A stretch of DNA of 64,000 nucleotides from an uncultured delta proteobacterium (GTDB lineage Bacteria > Desulfobacterota > Desulfomonilia > UBA1062), in the NCBI GenBank assembly GCA_963752595.1, contig CAVVYZ010000014.1, positions 64,001 to 128,000 on the forward strand, read 5' to 3'. The notes below the pieces were generated by a model. That model saw only the letters and a program-made list of their open reading frames with translations. It searched no databases and had not been told where the DNA came from. Shown piece after piece: positions 20,008 to 27,981 of the stretch (positions are counted from its first letter, which is position 1; every line of letters starts with the position of its first letter). The position numbers and the translations under genes were made by a program.

Positions 20008-22271
20008 CAGCCCTTGTCGAACATAACGATAGTCTTATTCCCGCCGCCTTCTCTTACCGTGCTGTCGGAATACCCCTTCACCGCTTCGAGCCCTTTGAGG
20101 TATTCCCGGATGGCGTTCTTCAATCTTCCTGTGCCGGCACCGTGGATGATTTCGACGCTCTTCTGCCCGGAGAGCAGCGCCTGGTCTACAGCCTTCTCGA
20201 TGACCGGCAGTGCCTCGTCCACGCGCATTCCCACGACATTGATCGGCAGCACATATTCCGAAATGGCCCGGACATGCATGTCCACACGCATGGGCTTCGG
20301 GTCTTCTTCCTCACCAATGGCTTCGATCTGGTCGAGGCTCACCTTGAGGCGCTTCTGGCCCATGAGGACCTCTGCATGGTCATGGGAAAGCTCCACCACC
20401 TGGCCTGTGGTGTTCGTGCCCTTGAGCACGACCGATGCACCCTTTCTCATGGCCAGTACCTGTGCCGGTTCGCTTTCCCTCCGGATCTCGTCGAGCTCCT
20501 GCGCTTCTACCGACGCCCGGACCTCTTCGATCTTTTCCTTGCGCTGCGGTTTGCTTGCAAGTATTTCCACCCTGTCCATGAGGCGCTTGTACCGCAAGGA
20601 GAGGTTGATCTTCTCCCGCTCCGCATCCCTGACCTTTTCTTCCGCCTGCAGTTTGAGTTCCCGTGCCCGGTCCAGCTCTTCTTCGGCTTTGAGCTTCATG
20701 GATGACGCCTGGGAGATGTCCTCCATGGCCCTTGCCAGAGCCGATCCTCCGTCGCCGGTGGTGATCGTTTTAGCTTCGTGGATAATCTCGGCAGGAAAGC
20801 CCACGGACTTGAGGATATCGAAGGCCCTGCTCTGCCCGATTACTCCGTACTGGAGGCTGAACAGCGGTTTCAGGCCCGTATCGTCAAAGGCGGTCGCAGC
20901 GTTCTCCACGCCTTCGCTGGAGAGCCCGTAAAGCTTGATAAGATCGGCATGGGATGTAACCACGACCCGTGCACCCTTCTTCCGGTAGGCATCGATGCAG
21001 CTGACGGCAATGGCCGCCCCCTGCTGGGGCTCTGTCCCGGTGCCCGGCTCGTCGAGGAGGACGAGGTCTCCCGGTCCGGCATGCTCGTAGATATGCTTCA
21101 GCGTCATGGCATGGGCGGTAAAGGATGAGAGGCCGTGCTGAATGTCCTGGCCCGTATCCATCTCCACGAGCACCGAACTCACCGGGAAGATCACAGACTC
21201 CTCTTTGGCCGGTATGGCGAGCCCGCTCTTGGCCATGATCATAAGAAGCCCGAGCGTTTTGAGCGCTACGGTTTTGCCGCCCGCGTTCGGCCCTGAGATG
21301 ATGAGGCAGTCCTTGCCTGCAGGCATCGTGATATCGAGCGGGACGGTCCTTTTGCCCAGACGTTCGAGCAGAATGGGGTGCCGCGCACCTTTCAGATCGA
21401 TCCCGTCCTGCGACAGGGAGGGGATGACCGCTTGATGCTTCACGGCCCAGGATGCGCAGGCATGGATGAGATCGAGGAGCCCGTAGACATTGAGATTGTT
21501 CCGGATGCTTGCCCCTTCAGCGAGGATCTGGGCAGTAAGATCGCGCAGGATCTTGTTCTCTTCCTCCTTGATATCCGAGCGCACCTGGTTAAGCGTGTTG
21601 TTCTCTTCCACGACAGCAAGCGGCTCCACGAATGCGGTCTTGTTCGTGCGGGAAAAATCATGGGTAATGCCCTTGATGTGGCTTCCATAGTCATGCCGCA
21701 AGGGGATCACGTAGCGGTCGTTGCGGATGGTTATGAGGTCTTCCATGACCATGGACCTGGTTTTCAGAAAATCGAGGATGCCCTGGAGCTTCTCCAGTAC
21801 AACCACGCGGAGCGACCTTGCCTGCTTGCGGAGCCTTCTCAGGAAAGGATTGGCATCATCGGAGATCTCCCCGGTGGGGAGCAGGAGGCTGTCGATCTCC
21901 GCAGTAAGACTATCCAGAGGCTCGATGCCGGCCGTAAGGGTTGAGAGCGGCCCTCCCGCTTTCTCCAGCATCCATTTGATCCTTGCCGTCTCGGATATGA
22001 CGCCTGAGACCATTATGATATCCTTGCCCTCGAACATGGCCCCTTCATGGAAATTGAGGAGCTCCCTGATCTCCGAAAGGGCGGAGAACCCGAGCGGTTC
22101 ACCTGATGCAAACAGCGAGATCATCTCGTTCAGCATGGACCAGCGCGTGGCCGCCTCGTCCCAGGTGTCGAAGGGGTGCAGCTCGGCCAGAGCGCTCAAC
22201 CCTGCCTCGGACGCGACAAACGACCGGATATATCCCTTGAGCGAAGAAAATTCGAGCAGATCCTGTCCCAT
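20007..22271 (-). CDS. mutS2: Endonuclease MutS2
   Basis: GPNAGGKT, LSSFTAH, LLDEPGTGT, C-terminal Smr domain (IIHGAGTG). Confidence 0.93.
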   Translation of the reverse strand: MGQDLLEFSSLKGYIRSFVASEAGLSALAELHPFDTWDEAATRWSMLNEMISLFASGEPLGFSALSEIRELLNFHEGAMFEGKDIIMVSGVISETARIKWMLEKAGGPLSTLTAGIEPLDSLTAEIDSLLLPTGEISDDANPFLRRLRKQARSLRVVVLEKLQGILDFLKTRSMVMEDLITIRNDRYVIPLRHDYGSHIKGITHDFSRTNKTAFVEPLAVVEENNTLNQVRSDIKEEENKILRDLTAQILAEGASIRNNLNVYGLLDLIHACASWAVKHQAVIPSLSQDGIDLKGARHPILLERLGKRTVPLDITMPAGKDCLIISGPNAGGKTVALKTLGLLMIMAKSGLAIPAKEESVIFPVSSVLVEMDTGQDIQHGLSSFTAHAMTLKHIYEHAGPGDLVLLDEPGTGTEPQQGAAIAVSCIDAYRKKGARVVVTSHADLIKLYGLSSEGVENAATAFDDTGLKPLFSLQYGVIGQSRAFDILKSVGFPAEIIHEAKTITTGDGGSALARAMEDISQASSMKLKAEEELDRARELKLQAEEKVRDAEREKINLSLRYKRLMDRVEILASKPQRKEKIEEVRASVEAQELDEIRRESEPAQVLAMRKGASVVLKGTNTTGQVVELSHDHAEVLMGQKRLKVSLDQIEAIGEEEDPKPMRVDMHVRAISEYVLPINVVGMRVDEALPVIEKAVDQALLSGQKSVEIIHGAGTGRLKNAIREYLKGLEAVKGYSDSTVREGGGNKTIVMFDKG

Positions 22272-22324
22272 GAATGTCCAGATATTCCGGCGAAGGCCGG
22301 CTTCTTATTTAGAATGCTAAGAAA

Positions 22325-22762
22325 TCAATGCAGTAATTGGGATACGATGGCGCTAACCCGTTTCCCGTCAGCCCGGCCTGAGACCTCTGCCATGGTCTTT
22401 TTCATGGCCATTCCGAAATCTTTTTTCGTAGCCGATGTCTCTGCAATTATCCGTTTCACGATTCCACTGATCTCTTCATCACTCAATTCCTGCGGAAGGT
22501 ATGATTTCAGGATGGCGAGATTCTTTTCCTCAATGGATGCGAGGTCGTCCCTGCCGCCCTGCTTGTACTGCTCATAGGAGTCCGTCACCTGTTTGAGCTG
22601 GGTGCGTAGGACCTGGAGCGCTTCCGTATCGTCGAGTTCCTTCTTCGATTCGACCTGCTTGTATTTGAACGCGGACAATATCAAACGAAGGCAGGAGGTC
22701 TTATCCTTGTCTCCTGCCTTCATTGCTTTCCCTAAGTCAGACTTGATGGTATCAACGAGCAT
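22325..22762 (-). CDS. yqeY: GatB/YqeY domain protein
   Basis: AMKAGDK, YLPQEL, GRADGK; follows rpsU. Confidence 0.92.
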   Translation of the reverse strand: MLVDTIKSDLGKAMKAGDKDKTSCLRLILSAFKYKQVESKKELDDTEALQVLRTQLKQVTDSYEQYKQGGRDDLASIEEKNLAILKSYLPQELSDEEISGIVKRIIAETSATKKDFGMAMKKTMAEVSGRADGKRVSAIVSQLLH

Positions 22763-22965
22763 CAGTAGTAAGACCTTACCTTGTTCAATCTCTTTAGAAC
22801 CCTTTTGCGAGCTGCTATGGCCTTCTTCTTTTTTTTGACGCTCGGCTTTTCGTAGAACTCGCGCTTGCGGACCTCAGAGAGAACACCTGCTTTCTCTACC
22901 TGCTTTTTGAAGCGCTTGAGCGCGCCCTCAAAAGGCTCTGTTTCTCTCACCTTTATTCCAGGCAT
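22762..22965 (-). CDS. rpsU: 30S ribosomal protein S21
   Basis: ALKRFKK...[12 protein letters not shown]. Confidence 0.97.
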   Translation of the reverse strand: MPGIKVRETEPFEGALKRFKKQVEKAGVLSEVRKREFYEKPSVKKKKKAIAARKRVLKRLNKVRSYY

Positions 22966-23017
22966 TCGATTATGTACACCCCCCCTCTTCTAGGAGCTTT
23001 TTATTCAAGAGATAGAA

Positions 23018-23047
23018 TCTATATAAGAAGAGCACATGGAATGTCAA
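23018..23047 (-). promoter_or_regulatory. Putative sigma70 promoter of the rpsU-rpoD operon
   Basis: TTGACA followed 16-18 nt later by TATATA/TATAGA. Confidence 0.5.
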
Positions 23048-23410
23048 GGACGTAGTGAATCCTCCTGTTATTGCGAAATGATTTCCTGTTTACCACCGGC
23101 ATAAGGCTCGTAAAGGAGCCGTGTGCGGGATGATACCTTTCCTCAGTGCGATCACATTCCATGCAGCAAGGCTGCTTTGAGTTCGCCTTCCAGGCTCCCC
23201 CTCTGCGCCGTCGTGGCGCGCTATCATTCGAAGAGCATCACTTTACAAGAATGGGTTTCCGGATGGACACTTGACGGGGGTGTCCCTGGAAATCTCTGAG
23301 ACAATCCGGGTGGTCATCATGCCGACAATAATAAGCCTTTCATGATATTACCTTGTTCCTTTTATTGGCATCCCGAATGGTGTATTATTATTTTATAAGG
23401 AACTATCATT

Positions 23411-24694
23411 ATGAAACTTGCACGGACCGGGTTGGAGAAGATCAAGCACGTCATCCCTCTATCGGAAAATCCTCCTCTTGTGGATCGAGGACTTGAATTC
23501 CTTCAGGCCGGCTCATTCACCTCCAAGTACACACTGGATGACTCTACCGGCCGCATATTTACGAACAGCCTTTTTCCCTCATTTCCCGGTAAGTCATGGG
23601 ACAGGTTTTTTGCGGGTGTTGGGGGAATAGCCCAAGGAGAAAGAATCCCCCTGTGGCTTGATATCGTCACCACAGGGAGGTGCCACTGCAATTGCTGGCA
23701 CTGCTTCCGGTCGAAATACACGAATACGTCTGATTTGAGTCTTGACGTCATTGAAAAGCTTATTCACGATGCATATGCCCTGGGTACGGTGATGCTGGGA
23801 CTCACCGGCGGCGAGCCCATGCTTCATCGCGATCTGCTTGACATAATCCGTTTGGTGCCGGAAGGCATGGAAATTCTCTTGTACACCACCGGACATCTGA
23901 TGGATGAGTCATTCATCCGTAAAGCTGAAGAAACTCAGGTCACCAGGTGCATTATCAGCCTCGATCACTTTGATGCCGAGGCCGTCAAGAAGAGGAGACA
24001 GCATGTCGGTGCCTTCGACGAGGCGGTAAACACCCTGAAGCTCCTGGGCAAAAGCCGCATCTTTACAAGCGTTGCCCTGTGCATCACAGAAGACCTTTGT
24101 ACGGAAGATGCCTTCAACCGCTATTTGGACCTGGTCTGCTCTCTGGAGGTAAATGAGGTCCGGGTTATCCTGCCGGTACCCCAGGGCAGACTGCAAGGGG
24201 AAAGCCACAAGCGGCTTTATGGAGAAGCCCGCCGCATGGTCAGAAAGATCAAGGAACAAACAGCCGGGGATGAAAGCGTACCGAGCATCATGCTCTTTTC
24301 GGATTTCGAGAGCAGTGCGTGCCTTGGGTGCGGGGCAGGATTCCACTATATCTCGATAAATAACGATGGGCAGGTGACCCCCTGCGTGGCTGTGCCCCTG
24401 GCCTTCGGAAATATCCACGACAGCAGTCTTGGGGAGATTTATTCCACCGTCATGGGATGCTATTTCAAATCGGCCGGGACCACCTGTTTCGGCAGGCGCG
24501 TGAACCGTATGATCGGAAGACAGGGAAGCGTGCCCGAGTCGTATCCATATCCGGTCGAATATTCCAAGGCATTGGCTTCTGGCTGTATCGTGGATGGTGG
24601 GCAGGGGTCCTTCTTCAGGAACATGGGCATACCCGTATGCTGCAAAGTCGATCTCAGGACCTCTGCAAAACAGCATACGACCATATCTTTCTGA
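23411..24694 (+). CDS. Radical SAM protein with SPASM/Twitch-like C-terminus, function unknown
   Basis: CHCNCWHC (CxxxCxxC), TGGEP, ISLD, GCGAG...DGQVTPC plus further Cys. Confidence 0.88.
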   Translation: MKLARTGLEKIKHVIPLSENPPLVDRGLEFLQAGSFTSKYTLDDSTGRIFTNSLFPSFPGKSWDRFFAGVGGIAQGERIPLWLDIVTTGRCHCNCWHCFRSKYTNTSDLSLDVIEKLIHDAYALGTVMLGLTGGEPMLHRDLLDIIRLVPEGMEILLYTTGHLMDESFIRKAEETQVTRCIISLDHFDAEAVKKRRQHVGAFDEAVNTLKLLGKSRIFTSVALCITEDLCTEDAFNRYLDLVCSLEVNEVRVILPVPQGRLQGESHKRLYGEARRMVRKIKEQTAGDESVPSIMLFSDFESSACLGCGAGFHYISINNDGQVTPCVAVPLAFGNIHDSSLGEIYSTVMGCYFKSAGTTCFGRRVNRMIGRQGSVPESYPYPVEYSKALASGCIVDGGQGSFFRNMGIPVCCKVDLRTSAKQHTTISF

Positions 24695-24719
24695 CGCCTT
24701 CTCTATAATAGGAGTGACT

Positions 24720-25772
24720 ATGGGCCGAAGAGCAAGACTCACCGGTGTAGGGAAATGCACACCCCCTGTCCTGACCAATGACGATTTTATCCGGGTGTTC
24801 GGTAAACGGGCTTCGTTCATCGACAAGCTCATACCCCACAAGAGTCGCTATTGCGGCATCGACATCAGGACCGGGGCTGCACTCAACAAGAACTCCGACA
24901 TGGCGCTCGAAGCCTCCCGGCATGCTATCGAGATGGCAGGCATCGGGCCGGATGATATCGACATGATCATACTGGCCTCGGCATCACCAGACTACCTCCT
25001 GCCTCCCTGTTTCACCATCCTTCAAGGAAAGCTGGAAATACGCGAGTGCATGGGCATGGATATCCGCTCCGGCTGCTCCGGCTTCGGAACCGCGATGATC
25101 ACTGCGCAGCAGTACATCGAAACCTTCAAGGCGGACACCGTGCTCGTCGTGGGCTCCGAACTGAATTCCACCAGGAGCTCGTTCCTCTTCAAGGATGGAG
25201 TGAGCAAGTTTCCCCTGCATGCCCTCTTCAACCTCATGCTGTTCGGCGACGGCGCCGGGGCCGTGGTAATGCAAGCAGCCGATATGCAGAACGAGGGAAT
25301 ATTCTGTTCCACCATGGCATCCACCAAAGCCGATGTTCCTTCCGGGGCACGAGTCGAGGTGGGAGGCTCCATAACCCCTTTCCCGACGGATACCATCAAG
25401 AAAGAAGACTGGCTCATATACCAGGAGCCGAAGCTCACCGAAGAGATGATTCCGCGCGTATTTTACGAGGCAATGCAACGATTTCTTGAAGCAAACGATC
25501 TTGAGCTGGGATCCTTTGACTCTTTTATCTTTCCCATCGACTCGCACACCATCCTCGAGCGGGTGCTCACCTATCTGCCCGGGCTCGATGAGAAAAAGAT
25601 CGTGAGCATCGGCTCCGAAGGCGGCAGTATGGTGAATGCCTCTATACCGGTGACACTCGTCAAGGCATACCATGAAGGAAGGCTGAAAAAAGGGAATCGC
25701 GTTCTTATCTATGCTGCAGAGAACACCCAGTGGCAGCATGCCATCATCGGGCTCGACTGCAGCTTTTCATAA
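24720..25772 (+). CDS. 3-oxoacyl-ACP synthase III (FabH)-like protein with atypical active site
   Basis: DIRSGCSGF (catalytic Cys) and LFGDGAGAVV present; PHQAN and GNTSAAS positions read FPIDS and GSMVNAS; SD GGAG before ATG 24720. Confidence 0.85.
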   Translation: MGRRARLTGVGKCTPPVLTNDDFIRVFGKRASFIDKLIPHKSRYCGIDIRTGAALNKNSDMALEASRHAIEMAGIGPDDIDMIILASASPDYLLPPCFTILQGKLEIRECMGMDIRSGCSGFGTAMITAQQYIETFKADTVLVVGSELNSTRSSFLFKDGVSKFPLHALFNLMLFGDGAGAVVMQAADMQNEGIFCSTMASTKADVPSGARVEVGGSITPFPTDTIKKEDWLIYQEPKLTEEMIPRVFYEAMQRFLEANDLELGSFDSFIFPIDSHTILERVLTYLPGLDEKKIVSIGSEGGSMVNASIPVTLVKAYHEGRLKKGNRVLIYAAENTQWQHAIIGLDCSFS

Positions 25773-25921
25773 GTGAGTTCAAGTATGATTTATTCCGAAG
25801 CACGAATAGTGACCTTTTCTATAGGAACCTAAGATAGGCAGGGTCAGGAATCAGAAATGATATGCGATTATATTAATTCTACAAATACTTATCCGTTTTC
25901 CCATTATGGCTCTGCACCTCG

Positions 25922-26100
25922 ATAGAGGCAAGACTCGAAGATAGTGCCCAGAGTGGCACGATTAGCCGGGAGCTTGCAGCACTCAAAAAAATGATGAATA
26001 TCGGGGCATAAGGCGCGGACAGTCTTCGACCGTTATAACATCGTGAACGCTGAGGATTTAAAACAGGCTGCATCAAGGCAGGAAGCATACCTTCAAAAGC
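25922..26100 (+). pseudogene. Internally deleted tyrosine integrase remnant, copy 1
   Basis: IEARLEDSAQSGTISRELAALKKMMNIG (core-binding helix) joined out of frame to GHKARTVFDRYNIVNAEDLKQAASRQEAYL (box II H...Y). Confidence 0.8.
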
Positions 26101-26178
26101 AAAATAGTTACAGCCCTCGATTTTACTCCAAAAGCCAATCAAGACAAAACCCAGATAAACCTTGCAACATTGAGGTAA

Positions 26179-26228
26179 TGCGAGAGAAGGGACTCGAACC
26201 CCCACGGAGTTACCCACTGGATCCTAAG
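26179..26228 (-). other. tRNA-Leu 3' fragment (att core of the islet)
   Basis: Matches the tRNA from the anticodon loop (CTTAGGAT) to the discriminator; the 5' half is absent; flanked by IHF-like sites. Confidence 0.85.
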
Positions 26229-26410
26229 GGCTATAAGTCCTTGATTTTACAAGGCCACAATGGCACACCAGCAAAGGATTTCAACGGGTTAGCAGATTTG
26301 GCTGGTTGGTAGGAATTGGGTAGACTTGGAACGTTTTTAGACGCGGTGGGCACGGAATAGTCACACTCCTTTCTCCAGGCCTCTATTCTCTATGAACAGA
26401 GCCTGATATT

Positions 26411-26453
26411 TTACCTTGCAAATTGGTCATGGCATGACTAATTTGCAAGGTAA
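26411..26453. repeat. 43-bp near-perfect palindrome
   Basis: TTACCTTGCAAATTGGTCATG-G-CATGACTAATTTGCAAGGTAA (20/21 pairs, one G-T). Confidence 0.9.
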
Positions 26454-26591
26454 TTCATAGGGGCATGGATATCTTCATGCCTCCCACGCTCTATAGATCT
26501 ATGGACAATATTACCAATAGATATTTATAAGTATAGGTAATTTTGACCTTGAAGCCTAAATCAAACAATTGCTTTGTCTAGTTTTAGGCTC

Positions 26592-26620
26592 TTGACTTCT
26601 ATATCACTAAGTGATATAGA
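26592..26620 (+). promoter_or_regulatory. TA promoter with overlapping operator palindrome
   Basis: TTGACT-N17-TATAGA; perfect inverted repeat TCTATATCACT-A-AGTGATATAGA at 26598-26620. Confidence 0.75.
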
Positions 26621-26629
26621 TCAAAGCAA

Positions 26630-27007
26630 ATGGTATCCTATTGCAAAACAAAGCATTTTTCCAGATGGGCTGCTAAGGCTGGAATAAGCGATAATGTATT
26701 GCTCTCAGCTATTCGAGAAATACAAGAAGGGTTATTTGATGCAGATCTGGGCGGCGGAATCATTAAAAAGAGGGTTGCGCTTCCCGGCAGAGGAAAGAGA
26801 GGCAGTACGAGGACTTTACTGGCGACCAATCGGGATGACCGATGGTTCTTTGTTTTCGGTTTTGAGAAGAATGAGAGGGACAACATCACGAGTAAGGAAC
26901 TGGAAGCACTACGAGCATTAGCCACGGATCTGCTTCGACTGACTGCCAAGCAGATGGTTGAGGCAATTCGGCAAGGATCGCTGGTGGAGGTACATGATGA
27001 AACATAA
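26630..27007 (+). CDS. Type II toxin, RelE/ParE (HigB-like) family
   Basis: KTKHFSRWA, ADLGGGIIKKRVA..GRGKRGSTR, FEKNERDNI. Confidence 0.88.
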   Translation: MVSYCKTKHFSRWAAKAGISDNVLLSAIREIQEGLFDADLGGGIIKKRVALPGRGKRGSTRTLLATNRDDRWFFVFGFEKNERDNITSKELEALRALATDLLRLTAKQMVEAIRQGSLVEVHDET

Positions 27008-27308
27008 AAGCAGAATTTTCGAAGCAGTACATGAAACGGCTCAGGATCTACATGCCCTTGGCTTTATAGACAAGCGGGCTTTGCGGTCCTATGATGCGCT
27101 TTGCATTGAGCCGGTCCCCCAATATAACGCCGAACAGATACGTAAGCTGCGAGATCGCTACCGATTGAGCCAAGCGGTGCTTGCATCCATGCTCAATACC
27201 AGTCTCTCAACAGTTCAGAAATGGGAGATCGGCGAGAAACATCCGAGTGGACCATCCCTAAAGCTGCTCAGTATCCTTGACCGCAAAGGGATTGAAGCTC
27301 TCATATAA
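26997..27308 (+). CDS. XRE-HTH antitoxin (HigA-like)
   Basis: IRKLR..LSQAVLA..LNTSLSTVQKWEIGEKHPSGPSLKLL; overlaps the toxin end; SD GGAGG. Confidence 0.88.
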   Translation: MKHKSRIFEAVHETAQDLHALGFIDKRALRSYDALCIEPVPQYNAEQIRKLRDRYRLSQAVLASMLNTSLSTVQKWEIGEKHPSGPSLKLLSILDRKGIEALI

Positions 27309-27439
27309 AAATTTGCATTAGTTGCAATTTGATCTGACAATTAGGGAAGAAAGACTACAATACCCCAATCAGAAATGATATGCGATTATATTAATTCTAC
27401 AAATACTTATCCGTTTTCCCATTATGGCTCTGCACCTCG

Positions 27440-27618
27440 ATAGAGGCAAGACTCGAAGATAGTGCCCAGAGTGGCACGATTAGCCGGGAGCTTGCAGCAC
27501 TCAAAAAAATGATGAATATCGGGGCATAAGGCGCGGACAGTCTTCGACCGTTATAACATCGTGAACGCTGAGGATTTAAAACAGGCTGCATCAAGGCAGG
27601 AAGCATACCTTCAAAAGC
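27440..27618 (+). pseudogene. Internally deleted tyrosine integrase remnant, copy 2
   Basis: Same sequence as 25922-26100. Confidence 0.8.
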
Positions 27619-27696
27619 AAAATAGTTACAGCCCTCGATTTTACTCCAAAAGCCAATCAAGACAAAACCCAGATAAACCTTGCAACATTGAGGTAA

Positions 27697-27780
<84 letters not shown>

Positions 27781-27944
27781 TGTAAGTACTGTATGGAAAG
27801 AGCACCCTCATTTGTCAAGTTAAAATCGGGAGGGTACACAAGACCTTACCATTCCAGCGTGCAGGGGAAACGCATGAGGAAACTTCCTCTGATGCGTTTC
27901 AATCAGGAGATTCCCGGCAGCTTGCTGCGGGGTACTTCATTAAG

Positions 27945-27977
27945 AAAGGACGCCTGCAGGAGCGGGAGGCGTCCTTT
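27945..27977 (-). terminator. Terminator after glgP
   Basis: AAAGGACGCCT...AGGCGTCCTTT stem directly after the glgP stop. Confidence 0.75.
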
Positions 27978-27981
27978 GATT

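Larger units (their letters stand above)
25849..26228. repeat. 380-bp direct repeat, copy 1 (integrase remnant + tRNA-Leu 3' half)
   Basis: By eye identical to 27367-27747 except in the tRNA variable arm (ggagttacccactgg vs ggagttgccccactgg). Confidence 0.95.

Noticed and set aside
20007-22271. mutS2 inside the rpsU-dnaG-rpoD operon as a novelty
   Set aside because: To my knowledge a common arrangement in deltaproteobacteria.
23276-23330. TPP riboswitch-like GGGGTG...CTGAGA
   Set aside because: The downstream ACCTGAT..AAT..GCG.AGG half is missing.
26179-26228. Second tRNA-Leu gene
   Set aside because: The acceptor 5' strand and D-arm are missing; it is an att fragment.
25879-26312. ORFs 25879-26217 (-) and 26043-26312 (+), and their copies near 27397-27746
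   Set aside because: They read through the integrase relic and tRNA sequence and are not real genes.
26553-26590. attC-like hairpin (GCCTAAA...TTTAGGC) before the TA pair
   Set aside because: Too short, lacks the AAC/GTT cores, and no integron integrase is present.
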